Below, one piece after another: positions 23,190 to 39,506 of a stretch of DNA of 64,000 bases. The first letter of the stretch is position 1. The number at the start of each line of letters is the position of its first letter. Origin of the DNA: Tubulanus polymorphus. Lineage: Eukaryota; Animalia; Nemertea. The stretch spans positions 13,999,807-14,063,806 of the forward strand of contig NC_134031.1 of NCBI RefSeq assembly GCF_964204645.1, given 5' to 3'. Position numbers and translations under genes: made by a program. The notes below the pieces were generated by a model. It was given only the letters and a program-made list of their open reading frames with translations, was not told the DNA's origin and ran no database searches.

Positions 23190-25792
23190 TCAAGCCCACT
23201 TAGTAGTAAGGCATATGGAGATCTACTCATTCGGGCTTACTATACCGGACAGCCAGAACATTGCGCGATTTGTAATGACTTCAATCATACTTGGGTGACT
23301 TGCGATATTACGTGCACACATCCGACGCACGAACCTAATAAATGCCGACAATTGGAATATCGGCATCGTATCGAACAAGTGAGATACTGCCAGGAAAACC
23401 CGACACCAGCAGAATTCCAGGCTGATGACAGCCAGCGAGATGGGACACCACGATGTAGTTACAGATGAACCTATAAACTTGGTAACTGATTCAACATCTG
23501 ATCCTGAGGTTCATCCGACCAGACAGACGACTACTGGCAACGGAAAGACGTCCCCGTCGACAAAATCGAAGGACGGTGGGGATTCAACTTCAAAAAAGAG
23601 ACCACCATCGCCGACAGAGACACCGGCGACACCGACGAAGACCAACTAAGACGTCGAGAAAAGCATCGGAAAGAGACGAGAGTGTCGACAAATCACCAGT
23701 GTGTAAGGAAAAACATCCTCCGAACGAAGCGAAGAAAAGAGACAACAACAAAGCGAACCCTAAACCGAAACCATCGAAATACTAGGTGACGTATTCATTC
23801 CTTCAAATATTTTGTGCAGGCTAAATCTAAAATGGCGAATAATGAGAAGATTAGATTTTTATCGTTAAATTGCAACGGATTGGTATTTTCAAATTCTAAA
23901 ACCAATGCGCTCTTTGAGAAAATTAAAAACTGTGATATTTTCCTACTTCAAGAAACCCATATCTCGACTGACTTTGAACAGCATAAAATCTTTAGACCTT
24001 TTCAGAAAAATTTTGAAATTTTGTATTATATTTGTGCCAATGACAGGAAAAATGGGGTCGTAATTGGAATCGAAAGATCTTTAGATTATTCCATCATGAA
24101 TAAGAACAATGACAATATGGGCAGGTTAATCACTCTTAAGTTAACACTATTCGGCAAAACTATCAGCATTGTCAGCATCAATGCTCCAACAAAGATCGCA
24201 GCAGAAAAATATTTTTATAAGATTTAGGGAACTATTTGGATGTACACTTGTGAAGACTTGACAATTGCGGGGGATTTTAATTGTATAGAGAGTCCATTAG
24301 AACGAGTTTCGCCACTAGTTAATGTAAACATAATAAACGGCTCAGAACAATTAGCAAATTTATGTCAGCAATTTAGACTGTCAGATGCCTACTGACTTAA
24401 ACACCATAATAAACCAGCTTTCTCAGGAATAACAAAACGAAACAATAATGTTATCAAAACCAGAATAGACCGCTTTTATGTATCGGACAGTTTACAGCAA
24501 GACATAGAGCACGTCAAACATGTCAACTCCATTCACTCCGATCACAGAATCGTCGAGTTAACAATCAACACTTCTCAAGACAAACGTGGCAAGGGATATT
24601 GGCATCTCAACAAAGAACTTCTTAAAAACCCTAATTACATCACTATGATAACAGACTTTTGGACACAATGGCAAAATCACAAACAGTTTTATGACTCGAT
24701 CATTGATTGGTGGGAAGTGGGTAAAATCCAAATAAAACAAAGATCTATGAAATTCTCTTCAGAACTCAGGAAAGTTAAAGACAACCTTAAGAAATCTTTA
24801 CAGTCTCAACTATTTGCCCTTGAGAAACTTTCTGACTTAGGAGTTACCAGTAATCAAAACCAAATTGATTATTTGACCAAACGTATCCGCGATTTTGAAA
24901 TTAAAAACGCAAAAAGCGCTATGATAATGATAATATGATCTAAAATCGAATGGAGAGAATTTGGAGAAACAACGAGTACATATTTCGCAAAAACAACGCG
25001 CTAAAGCGAATCATATTAAGACTCTTAAAAATGACTTGGGTGAAAATAAAACCGGTCAAAAAGATATTGGAAAAAGTTCAACGGAAATATTACAAAGATT
25101 TATATAGACGAGAGGAAACGGATCAAGAAGCTCAAAGTTTCTTCCTAGCTAATTTACCCCAAATTTCGGATCAGAATAAATTTAGGCAAGATTCCCAAAT
25201 AAACATGGACGAATTGAATAGTTCGGTAAAGTCTTTTCAAAATAATAAATCTCCTGGTATCGATGGCATACCTATTGAATTTTATTAAGAATTTTGGCAC
25301 ATTCTCCAAGATGACTTTCTACAATTAGTACAGGCGTGTAAACAAGAAAATAGACTTTCTAAATCAATGCAGACAGGTATTATATCATTAATTCATAAGA
25401 AAAATGACAAAACGGATCTGAAAAATTGGAGACCGATCTCCTTATTATGTACAGATTACAAAATTTTCACAAAAGTTCTCGCAAACCGACTAATTAACTG
25501 TCTACCAGACATAATGGTTCAGGCTGGATGGATGATTGTTCCGATGTTCCGGAACCGACATTTCCAATTATGTACTTCGATTTAAAAAATTATGTAACCT
25601 CGACCGACGACAACTCAACTACATTTTGTACTTCGATTTCCGATTTCAAAATCAAATTCCTGCTTCGTCCTCGGCAGGTGTGGTGGGTATGAAAGGGACA
25701 CCAAATCAAACGAAATTTAATCGCAAAAGTTTTAACAATTACCAGTCAAATAAATAAGTGATTAAGATTAAAAAAAACAAAAACAAAAACAA
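23190..25792 (+). mobile_element. Degenerate Keno-like copy 2 (5'-truncated ORF1, broken ORF2, ~3-kb internal deletion, degenerate A-tail)
   Basis: Homology to intact ORF1/ORF2; jumps to the 3'-UTR end at ~25515; tail A8(CA5)n followed by AAGATCAAAGTGTAG. Confidence 0.9.
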
Positions 25793-25807
25793 AAGATCAA
25801 AGTGTAG

Positions 25808-27492
<1,685 letters not shown>

Positions 27493-27715
27493 TATAATAT
27501 GCTCACCATCCGTTGTGCGGGCTTGCTGCAAATATATAGATATGGGGTACAAGCCGGGGCTCTGTACCAAGCACGTACTAATCGGACAGAATTTTTGTTT
27601 TTGTTTTTTTTGTTACTTCACCACCGAAGGTTGTCATTACACGACCTAACTTCCATCCAACCAAAGCTACACTGAATAACTTCCGCATACTCGCAGCGCC
27701 GCATGGTAAGAATAG
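27493..27715. mobile_element. Short non-autonomous element with asymmetric imperfect TIRs (copy A)
   Basis: Starts TATAATATGCTCACCATCCGTTGTGCG; ends CGCAGCGCCGCATGGTAAGAATAG. Confidence 0.7.
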
Positions 27716-27984
27716 TATAATATTCTCACAATCCGTTGTGCGGGCATGCTGCAGTTATATAGATATGGGATACAAGCCGGGGCTGCCATTCTTACCACAC
27801 CAAATAGCCTTAACTCTCCTAATCCCCAAACAATCCCCCAAATCCAACTCTCATACCCCAAACCCGACCCCAACCTTCAAAACAAATCCAGCCTACCTCC
27901 AACCTACCTCCAAATGTAAAGAGAGGCAATTAAGGGTGGTAGTTACCCTACGAATCCAGCTGTTGGCCGAACCTTTTTTTTTCT

Positions 27985-30690
27985 AAGTTTAGTTTAGTTT
28001 CGTTTATTGCTCCATATAAAATGAATATAATGAGCACACATAGTACATATGAATAGTGAAAATACAATTACAGTGACAAGATGGTAGCATACAAAATACA
28101 GACATTTACCTACGTACACAAACCCGTCCAGCTATACATGTTACATATTAATATTGATAAGTGGTTTCACAAAACACCAGTTGGTCTAATATAGACTGAT
28201 AACCCGTATACACATTTCTTGACACTGAAAATTGTTTGCAAAGCTTTGTCTGTTTAAAAAGTAGCCAGGGAAATATCGTTGTCTAATTTGGTCATAAAAG
28301 TCGCACTGGAAAATAAAATGATACTCGTCACCCAGTTTGTTTCTATTACATTAGGTGCAAATTCGATCTTCCCGGTTATTTTGTCATAGCGACCAATTTC
28401 GATTGGGAGCTTAAGGTTTGAATATATAAATTTACGGATTGGAATGAAATTTCGTGTAGATAAAAAAGAAAAATACTCGGCCCCAATCTAGTTTAATATT
28501 CCTATATATCGACCATTTGAATGAGTTGTTATTGGTTTGCCATTTTTGAATAAATCATAAATTGGACTTGCAGTCTTGCTTAATTATTTGACCAAGGTAT
28601 TTGACACTTGGGAAATTTTGATAGAACCAGAATTCACCCCAAAGCCGCAATTTTTGCGAATAGATTTGGCAAAAGTCATCCATTTAGAATTCATATTATT
28701 TAATAAAATGTTAATGTTATTTGATAAAACTTGATACAGTTTACCAAAACACCGTCTCTTGTCTTGCGACTAGATTGCCCCAGAATGTATTAACCTGACC
28801 TTGATAATTATTTCAAAGGGGAAACAACCTAGTCATACCATTTGGAATTGACCGCTTGAGTTTGAGTATATACTTGCAAAAAAGGGGATGAACTCCTTCA
28901 ATACATTGTACATCCTCGAAAACCCAAACCTCAGCCCAAAAAGTTAGAATTGGTGCAAACATAGAGTCAAATAACTTAGGAGCTACATCCAGATCCAGTA
29001 ACTGTTCTTTCACCTTTTTAAGTACAAAAATAGACTTTCCTTGGCATGTTCACACATACTTTCCTTACACTTACTAAACGACCCAGTGTAGTTAAATATT
29101 ATCCCCACGTATCGAAAATCTTAACTGTTTCTATTTCATTTCCGTCTATGTAAAAAGTTGGGTAACGCTTTGAGCTTCTTTCCGAATATCATCACTTTCG
29201 TTTTATCGGTAATGATAATTAGTTTCCACAATTTACAATAACTAGCCGTTACATCAAGCATCTGCTGCAGATTAGCTGCACTTTCAGCTATCAAAATAGT
29301 ATCGTCTGCATACAATAATGCTAAGAGAGCCGGAGCCACATATCATTTAAAGGGAAATTAATAGATGAGTAACTATTTCGATCCATGTATTCTTCGAGGT
29401 CATTGACACATATGTAGAAAAGCACCTCCATACAGTGTCGAATGCCTTAATATAGTCAATAAATTCACAGTAAAACTTTCTATTGTCTTTCAAGAAAAGG
29501 TCCACAATTGTTTTAAAGAAATATGGTCGTTGATACTATACTTTTACTAGTTCTGATACTATGCTTCTTCCGGAAGCCCGCTTGGTTCTGGTTCAGGGGT
29601 TTTTTGCTTCAGTCTATACCTTTATTCAAGTCATCGACAAATAGGTTATCAACGAAGTTTCTACATTAGATATATTTTGTTCTTCTGAACAACTCTCATC
29701 TATATTGTCATTTAGGTGACTAAAATGATGGAAGAGATCTTCCAGAGAAGCTTTACAGTCAGAACTACTCGGTATTTTGAAATATTTAGAAATAATATTT
29801 TGTGTTCTTATTTTCCATTGATCTCGGTGTCTGGTTATGTAATTTTGCCAGTTCTAGTTTCCTCTGTTTTAGTGATCGTTTATACTCTTTAGAGGCATCA
29901 TTAACATTAATACGATTATTATAAGTTTTGCTAAATCGATAGCGTCGTTTCGCTCTACTTAAGTTGCTCTGATTCAGTTTTACATTTGCATTATAGAATA
30001 CCGAGTCCTTGCTTTGTGTACTTCTTGACCCTTGTTGTTGACTTTAAATCTACCCATTGACGCTTCAGTTGCTTCGACCAAGTGTTCACATAACCGCTCA
30101 TTCGCAACGTTACAGTCAATTTTATTCAGTAATATATCTGATATTATATCATCTAAGATTTCTGAGGAAAAGATTCTCAAATTGCCTGTTTCACGGGATT
30201 CCACTTTAACTTCTCTTTATTCCTTTTATTGTTGAAACGAGGGGAAACATTACATTCGATACGGTCCAATGTATTCAGAACACACTTAATTGGGCAGTGC
30301 ACATCCGAAAACATGTGGTTAAACTCTTTGACTTCGAACTCGGCACACTTAAGGATGTAGGGCGAGACAATGAAGTAATCTATGACGCGCTGGCTATTCC
30401 CTTTAAGACATGTGTAAGCACCGACATCTCTATCCTTACCAATTCTGCCATTTGCAATAAGTAACCCATGAGTTTTGCAGAAATCAGACAGGCGATAACC
30501 CCAATAATGAACGTGTTATCTTTTTGAGACGCTCAAGCAGAATATCCGCTTTCAATTTAGAAATATCTACATTGGATTCGTTAAAGAAGTCCTCAGCTTC
30601 AAACCTTTCAACGTAGAAAGCAAAGTCTTGCATTTCTTTGGTGTGCGCATTTAGATCTCCACAAATACAAATATGACACTCCGTTTTGTG
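27985..30690 (-). pseudogene. Degenerate non-LTR retrotransposon (RTE-X/CR1-group-like)
   Basis: LLYADDT, CGDLNAHT (APE), LPIEIGR and DEYHF..C motifs; (AAACT)n tail at ~27985. Confidence 0.75.
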
Positions 30691-32134
30691 GAAACAATAA
30701 ACCATTTTACAGTTGCTAGCCGCCATTTTGTTAGGGTACTTTTGTCCCGATTTGTTGGGTTATTCTTTTCTCCTTTTCAAAAACTATTTGTGATGCGTGT
30801 TTTATCATATTTCATCTACCCCTGGATGGATTTTGACAGTTGTAGCAACATTAAAACCGTGTGAATTTCTAGTTTTCAGTTATGTAGAATTAATTTCTCA
30901 AACTTCCAACAATGCGACATGAGTGCGATATAAAAATCGGTGGTCAGTTTTTTGCCACGCGCGTAAAAATTCAGGGTACTCAACTTTGAAGTTCATTATT
31001 TTCAGAAATAATTTTCTGAAAAATTCAAACATTTCAGGATTTGTGCGCATGAACGCCCCCTTTTAAATGAAGTTTAAAAATTCAAGATATCTTGCCATTC
31101 TACAGCCAATTAACTGCAGCGCGTCTCTTGTCATTCAGAGTTACGGCGCTGATGCGGGATCATTCCGATGCGGGAATTCGAGTTTATGGGCGTCAATTTT
31201 TAATTTCACTATATTTTTCATATCTGTTTCTACGGAAAATGACTTAAATTGTTGGCATTTTTTTAATGTTTTTAATTCGTACGGGATGGATCTCGAAGAC
31301 ATTAAACACGCCAACGTTGGGTTTTGAAAAATTATCTGGCCGAACGAGGCATAAGTACGCAAGGCACGAAAGATGTTTTGATATCGCGGTCGGTAAGTGC
31401 TTGGGAAGAGAAAATCCCGATTAAAACCACAGAAGAGAGAAAAGTTAAGCTTGAAAATGAATACGATTCACGTCTGAAATCTGCACATTTGCGAAGTGAT
31501 CTACTTGCCTTGAGTGGGTGGAGAAGGGACGTAGAACTGTGGCCAAAAAACTTTCATATGGGGAAGATATTTTGTTATATCATAAGCGAGAAAGAACATG
31601 GAGCTGACTACATCGGCAGATATAAAGTAGTAGTATTGAGGGTGAAGTATTTAGTCTGAATATCAGAAGAACGCAGGTGATAAGGTGTGACGTCTTATTC
31701 CGCAAGAAGTGTCTGGATTGCATTCGACAACGAAAGCAACAATTTGAGTTCTTAGTGCACATGTACTGCCGGATTCAGTAAAACCTGCAACGATGTCATC
31801 GCAGTATTGTATAAAGTACAACATGCTATTGAAAAGGAACTAAATAGTAAGATATGTACTAAGTTGGCCTGTCAATGGAACCGATCGTCGACAAAGAATA
31901 TTACGCCAAAACGAATTTCTGAAATTACAATTAGGAAAGATGAGCACCGAACGAAAAGATATTCCTTAAACCCTATGTCATTTGATCCAAGACCAAAGAA
32001 CTACAAGGTAAAAGCTTAAAATTTGTTCAAATGTTGATATTCATTGAATCAATCAAATGCAATACCGAATATTCTTGTCAGGGATGTCAGTGCACCTTCT
32101 ATTTTAAAGCGTTCAGGCTACAATCTGAACGCTC

Positions 32135-32647
32135 TTACTTACTGTCTGTCACACCTACTCTCCGTCCGACGTTTAGGTCCGTAATTTCGTTAATAATCGG
32201 TTTATCTACCTTTATTACGCATCAATTTGTTGAGTGAGGAATTTGCATTCAGAAATAAACAACAATTTTCACTTAAGTTGTTTTTGTTTTCATTTATGAG
32301 CGATAGTTTACTCAGCATACGCTCGCGTAATGCTGAAAAATCCGCTCCGCGGACGCTCGGAAACGTTACAGTGACGTCATCTCCTGCTCATTAGCATATC
32401 AAAATACAGTAGGTGGCGCCACGTGACGGGCCATAAAAGCCGTTTTTCAGCATTACGCGAACATATGCTAGGTAAACTATCGCTGATAGAAGAAAACACA
32501 AACAAATTTATGCCAGTTCATGATTTCTTTCTGAATGCAAATTCCTTACTGAACGAATTGATGCATAATATTTACAGATCAACCGATTATTAACGAAATT
32601 ACGGACCAAAACGTCGCACGAAGAGCATGTGTGAAAGACAGTAGGTA
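32135..32647. mobile_element. Palindromic MITE
   Basis: ~200-bp imperfect inverted arms (GTCCGTAATTTCGTTAATAATCGGTT / AACCGATTATTAACGAAATTACGGAC). Confidence 0.75.
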
Positions 32648-34497
32648 GCTGATTCACTGGCACAACGTTTCGGGGATATGCACCTCATTTGTCCGAGATC
32701 TGTAGCCCTAACTGGAATAAAGGCTCAAACAAATGACCATGTCAGCAGGAGTTTGCTCCCAAAAAATATAAATCATGCAGTACGGGAGCTTATTGCAAGA
32801 GGAATTCCAGAAACATACGTGCTGGACTCGTTCGACTTCAGCGATACACGGCTACATTATGTAGAACAATTTACGAGAACTGGAACATTCTGCATTCGCA
32901 GGTTTAATCCATGTTATTATCCGTATTTAATTAATTGATTGATTTGATTTGAATTACGTTATCAACACCACGCCTTCCTGGTACCTTACTACTGGATATC
33001 TGGTGCTTTTATTCTAATTTGTTAAATAGATCAGCATCAGTCACCCTATTGGAAAGATCAAAGACTTGGCCGAATTACGGCATCGATATGCCATGCTGTA
33101 TGCTCGAAATCAGAACGATTTAGAAGAAATAAAAGGCCCGTGAAAACGACACGAATGCTGTCGCAAATCGTTTTTGGTGCCAATGATCTCTGTGATATCC
33201 CAGCTATTAAGCATGGTCGGAAAAATGAAGAAAAAGCAAGGCATGAATTCTTAAAAAAACATTTGTACTAAACACGAAAGCTACAAATTACAACGGACTG
33301 GTTTGATAGTGAGTTAAATTTCAGTAATTATCCGCCCATCTTATGAAAACAAGAGCCCCAAGGGGCACAATGGCCAGCCTGTCAGATTTGCTTTTTATAA
33401 ATGATGTAATCTGTGGGTTATATTTATCAATATACACTCCCTGCTCAATATCATTTACATAGTAAAATCGTGTGTTAACACAGACAGCAGGAACGAATGT
33501 AATATAGAAATACTAAGTTATTGTATTGTTCAACGCCCCCTGGTGGCCATAAAAAAACCAATGAGCTTGAAACTCACCTCGATCATAGAACATGTCATGA
33601 GCTACAACTTTCCAATTGATTATAGTAGCAAAATATGCTTAAGTATCAATTATGATGTGGAAAAACTTTTTTTCCACCTACGAATGAGTACTGATGACCC
33701 CAAGATGGCTGCCAAGTGCGTCATAATTGCCTGGTCAAAAATACCCTCTCGGATATAAAAGATCCCTTTCCAAAGAATACCCATTACAAATTGCAATGAA
33801 ACATGGCGCACCATTAGAAAGCTACAGTACTCAGAATTCAGGCCAAAATTGACATTTTTGGGAACAAAAAAGGTCACAGTACGGCCATCTTGAGTCCGAT
33901 CGACTCAATTTTTCTCATGCCGATGGGCCCTTGGGGGATACAAATATAAACGAATGATCAAGGTTATTGATAAAAGTGTCTTCAAAATTTCCCTCGAAAA
34001 CTTCAAAAATGTGTAAAAAGTGCTGATTTTGGCGAACAACAATGGCTGCCAGTCGGCCATCTTGAATCAGACAGGGCCAGTTTTTGGCCTGAAGATGTGT
34101 CTAGGGTAGATACACGTATAAGGCCCGGCGCACACCTTTGCGATTGATCGTATGATCGCTTCATCGCATCGTTTTATCGCATCATCGTAAAGGTGTGCTA
34201 TGGCCGCCGGAGCCGATTTCATCGCATCATCGCTTCATCGCAACAAACCAAACGTGTTTGATATTTTCGCATGCGATTTTTCCGTGCGATAAAAATCGTA
34301 AAGGTCTGCGGGCTACGCTGCCGATGTTCTGAACGAAAAATTTTAGTAGCCAATCAGAATTAAGGATGAAGCAGTCACATGATGCTCAAAATGGCGGCTC
34401 CTAACCGACCGGAGCCGTGCGGAACCGGTCGGCCATTTGAATTTGAATTTGAATTTTGTTCCGCACGGTTTGAAGTAGGGGGTAACGAAAATTCAAA

Positions 34498-36888
34498 ATG
34501 GCTGAAGCGTGGACAGAGCAACGCGAGCTGGATTTGATTGTTTTTTGGGAGGCTTATCCTTGCCTTTATGATCATACCTCACCAGAATACAGTAAGCGCG
34601 AGGCCAGAGTAGCTGCCCTCGACTCCATATCTACTGCCATAGGCATACCAGGTAATTCTTTTTTAACCAAACCGATACAAATTCAATTCAATGTACGTTT
34701 ATTGACTGACGCCGACGGTTGAATTTATAAAATGCAGAGCAAAATCCCTGGGTTAGTATCTAGCTAGAGGGTCCGGTTTAAACATCCTCCCTCTGCAGAC
34801 TCGAACCTGATGGCATCGCTACACTCAGCCACGCACGAACCCCTGCATCAGTAGACCGGGTGCGCAGGTACATGCGCAGCTTTCCGAACGAAAACTGGCG
34901 GCACCAATCAGATTGCTCGTTGTATAATCGTTGAGGCAAATTTCAAGGAAGAACTATAAGTGGGAAAACCTGGAATTTGTATGGAATTAAAATGACTCAA
35001 GAATGAGGCCTAACCACTTTTAGACATTTAGAAGTATCTGCAAATAAACTATGCTATTCATTTTCAGTAAATAAAATCAAGACTAGAATGACTAGCCTGA
35101 GAACTCAGTACACGAAAACTCAGAATGCACCGCCGTCAGGCAGCAGAAGAAAAACCCCCTCAAAAAAGGATGTTTGGGTAGCTGACAAGATGCAGTTCTT
35201 AAAGCCTTTCATTACTGTGCGGGGAACATTGTCCAGCCTTGATGTAAGTATTGCGAACAAAACAAGTAAGATAATTTCAGTTTATTTTATGTATCGGTAC
35301 ATATTATCTCGTTATGCATAATACTGTACGATTAATGATTAATTGTTTGAAATATGAGATTAATAACTGTTAGAAAATAGCATATATATTGCATATGTAC
35401 AGGTTTGATTATATTGATATTTCTAAATACATTTAAGATAAGCTATGCTACTTTTTTACTAGCGAATCATATCATTTTGCCATGCTCCAGCAGAATTAAG
35501 ATAGGTTTTTATAGCTTCTCTTTGGTCTTTAGCTTCCTGGCGGGCATTTCGACTGTGAGTTGTTGCCAGGGGCTGAAGTCCAGTATCCAATCGCCAGTTA
35601 CCCTGAACTAAATTGTGGGCGTTGTCCTCGCGGTCAACAAAATTAGAAGACGCATAATTTGTTGACTCTTCGTCGATTAAAAAGTTATGTAGAACGCAGG
35701 CAGCTAGTATTATGAAATCTACACAATCAGGTTCCACGGCAATGGTAGTCAGAAATACCCTAAATCTGTTGGCTAGAATGCCGAACGCATTCTCAACTAC
35801 ACGTCGTGCACGTGATAATCGGTAGTTGAAAATTTTGATATCATCCATCAAGTTTCGATGTGGAAACGGTTTCATCAGATCCTTTCGTAGGGGGAACGCA
35901 TCGTCACCAATAATGTGATGGTGACATTCTTCACCGCTCGGGAAACAGCCAGGCTCTGGAAAATTTATGTTGTTTGTGTCCATTGCCGCCTTCAAACTTG
36001 ACTGATTAAACACCCCAGCATCACCACATCGTCCTGCAGCCCCAACATCAACATAGATAAATCTGTAATCCGCATCCACTAGTGCTAATAAGATTACGCT
36101 GAAAAAGTGTTTGTAGTTATAGTATGAAGATCCACTGTTGTCAGGCTGCCTTATACTTATGTGCTTTCCGTCAAGAGCTCCAACACAGAATGGATAATTC
36201 CATTTATCTTGAAATTTCTTCGCAATCTCAGTCCATTCTTCTCTAGTATTAGGCGTCTGAAAAACAAAATTATTTTTTCTATTAACAGGATTCAAGAAAT
36301 CAAGAGATGGATGTTGCAGACAGAGAGATGAATGACAATAGTGACGACGGCGATGTAGATGATGTTGCGGATGAAACTGATTTCACTCATCCTAATACCC
36401 CTGCTACTAGTACCCGGGGAGTAGAGGCTACAGTTTCACTCAATGAAGTGCCAGAATCAACACCAACATCGACTAAACGACCTTTTGAAACGAAACGCCC
36501 CCTTAGTGCTAAGCAAATTAAAAAGAAACGTGATGAATGTGAGCTGGAGCTCCTGAAATCTTTATCAAATGACATGAAGTCAGAAAATGAAGGTGTCAAC
36601 AAAAGAAAAACTGAAGAAGATGACATTTCAGCTTTTTCCAAATACGTTCATGCAACCATGAAGGAAATTGACAAACACACTAAGACAATAGTGAAACATG
36701 AAATTCAGAGTGTACTCTACAAGGCAGAAATGAACCAGCTACCAGGCCAACAGCAACAGAACAGTCATCAGCAACAAAACTGTCAGCCATTACAACAGCA
36801 ACACAACAACCATCAGTATCGAAATTCCGAGCCAGAACCTATATATGGTAGCTTTATGCATATGCTAAATGCTCATAACTCATACTGA
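34498..36888 (+). CDS. Harbinger MADF/Myb-like DNA-binding protein, join(34498..34651,35068..35243,36289..36888), 309 aa
   Basis: W..E...LI..WEAYPCLYD...Y MADF motif; GT-AG introns with matching phases; BESS-like C-terminal motif. Confidence 0.85.
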
Positions 36889-39506
36889 ACTTTTGTTATA
36901 AATGCCAAATTCGTATTATCTGTCCGGCGTTAATGTTAATTTATATAGTTACAAGTTATAGTTTTTATATTTTTACAATTTAGATTTGTATTCTAAATTC
37001 TGAGATTTTCTACAATTAAAGCTGAGAATTACCTTCAAATACCTATCTCTCATGGTTTTAACTATGGCAACAGTGGTATCTTTGATGATTTCGGAAACTG
37101 TTCGCTCACCAACTCTGTACACAAATGATAAATCCCTGAAAGAAGCGCCTGAAATGTAGAAAAATTAATTTTAGACCTTTTTTTACATAATTGAAGCTTT
37201 GTCTTAGTTTCATAGAATATCATAGTTTCCGCGACTAGGATTTTCACTTTCATGGCCTGAGTTGGAGCTCAAACAAATACTTTTTTTTTATTTCATGGCA
37301 GTTCATTATTATAGATTGTTAAGTGTACCATAGCTAAATGATAAACATGAGCCCTAGCTGTCTTGCCAGAACATGATAGGCCTATTAACCTATTAGTGTT
37401 CAACACTATGTAGTGTCTATTACTCCTCAGAAAAAAATCCTCATAGTTCATCTCAAGCCGTTTTTCCTATACATGTCAGTGTTTTCAATAAGAAATTAAC
37501 AAGTCGGGTCCCTTGTGAAAAACAGGAGGGTCCCATAATATGTCACAGTCCCTGAAACGAAAGCGGTTTGGAAAAAACAGGCGGGTCCTTTACAAATGAC
37601 AGACGGGTCTGAGACCTGGCTCTTATTGAAAACACTGCATGTATTACCAATACCCCCTATCAGTTTGTGTTATTTTGCAGTCAACACAATAAGTACTTTC
37701 AATATACCTATAAGATTTGATTAGGTATGACCTTTTGACCCCCAAAATCTATCATGACCTGCTTGAAAGAGGGTAGTCTATGGCGAAGGTTTTGGTTTTG
37801 AATTGTCCTTAAGTTTGATTTGAAAAGTTTTATCAAGTAGGCAACCAAAAATGTTTGAAATCAGAAAAAAAACAGCGAGGGCAGCCAACCAGTGCATTCA
37901 GGTAGTGAAACAGCAGAGCGAGAGATCCTTGCCTTGTTCTTCGATATAAAACATAAAAATTGAAGACTTTCTTCAGAGTCAATAACTGTCAATTTTATTT
38001 AGCAGAGACATAAATGCATTCAGGTTCAGATACAGTAATTCAGATATACGGTAAAACAGAATTTTTGTACAAAACTGGTAGGAAACTAATTAAGATTACA
38101 ATCTGTTCTGAGTGATACAAAACTTTCAAAATGTTACCATTTTAGAGAAAACAGATACAGTCCTAAAACACGCTTGACCATGGCGGAGGGCTATTCGATT
38201 ATGCGATCTGTAGAGACCCGACATGTGGCCATTTCTGGAGAATCCGGTTAGCGATGTTGATGATAGTCTCACGGCTCAGATTATGCGAGGTTCCCAGTAT
38301 GCACAGACTGGCCATATGGTTTTCATGATCTGTTGTAACGGTTACAACATTGCTCGGTTCTGTCATGTTCATAATATCCCAAACACTCGAGAATTTCAAA
38401 TAGAAAGATGTCGATCTCAGTACGAATTTTCGACTTCATGGATATTTTAGTCTGATTGCAGTTATATGATTCGTATCTGAAACGAAACAAAAGTGTGTAC
38501 ATTTACAAAATAACTTTCCTTTGTATGCATCAAGTGACCATCTAATCATCTTTTAACCCAGACATTAATCAGCTTTAAGGCTATTATGATTAGTGTAATG
38601 AATGAAATTATTTTTTAGTTTAAGGCTAATTTGAAACCAAAATGATAATATTATTATAGTTTTCATGTACATTTCTTATTCTCCTCTGTAGGTTACTTCT
38701 TGTAAGCTGTACACTAGTGTGCTGCTGAATTTATTAAGTCTTTTTCATAGATCTTTAGGGAGCATCTCAAAATATACTATACACATTGGATTAAGAGATT
38801 ATCGTTTTTACAGTACCTACAACTCTGATACGAGCCCCTGTGAAGGAACGCACCTTTCAAAAGAATCTTCTTGTCTGTAGATAGACAACTGTTGAGACTA
38901 ATCTTCTTGTCAGCTGGATGATTCAAGTCTTCACTAGCTATCACTAGCCACTCCACACCACTGTCCACGAGTAGCATACCTACTAAATTTCTGCCAGCAA
39001 ATGCACTGGTACAGTGGCGCCATCTATCCACCAAAGAGACTTTGCACTTGGGTTCGATTCCCGCTGAAACCGTTTTCGTGGCGCAGACGAGCAAGGGGTG
39101 GTTTGAGGAGTAATAGACACAGGGCAGCTTGAGGGCTAGAAGTTCTATATGTTAATTTGTTTTTTTACCCACCTGTTGCCAGAAATCGCAAGGTCAATGA
39201 CAGTCTTGTGTTTGGACTGATAGGAGACCTCATAAACGTCTCCTCTTTCGTGATATGAGGCCCAACGATCTCCAAAAGCTTCGCATAGGTGCCCGGGGAC
39301 ATCCGCAAATATCTCCTAAAGCTCTCCGGATCTTCTAACTGCAGTTCCAGCTGCAAATTCGGAACTGCCCCCAACCTTTCCCGCCTCTGTATCCACGACC
39401 GTGCCCAGTGTGTTCTATTGGCCTGTTGGCACCTTTGTCGCTGTCTACGTAATCTTCTTAACAAAATTAAAATGAAGATCGTTCTTCTCAAATTATACGA
39501 AGCCAT
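35459..39506 (-). CDS. Harbinger DDE transposase, complement(join(35459..36256,37033..37148,39173..39506)), 415 aa
   Basis: GALDGKH, IIGDDAFP, RRVVENAFG catalytic motifs; middle exon found by hand (GASFRDLSFVYRVGERTVSEII..); phases match. Confidence 0.9.
37477..37637. mobile_element. 161-bp MITE with 5-bp TSD CATGT in a Harbinger intron
   Basis: TIR CAGTGTTTTCAATAAGA; CATGT on both sides. Confidence 0.8.

Noticed and set aside
38813-38840. ~26-nt match to the window end (63968-63993, opposite strand), a possible hAT-like terminus
   Set aside because: Partner end and TSD not found; the second copy is cut off by the window edge
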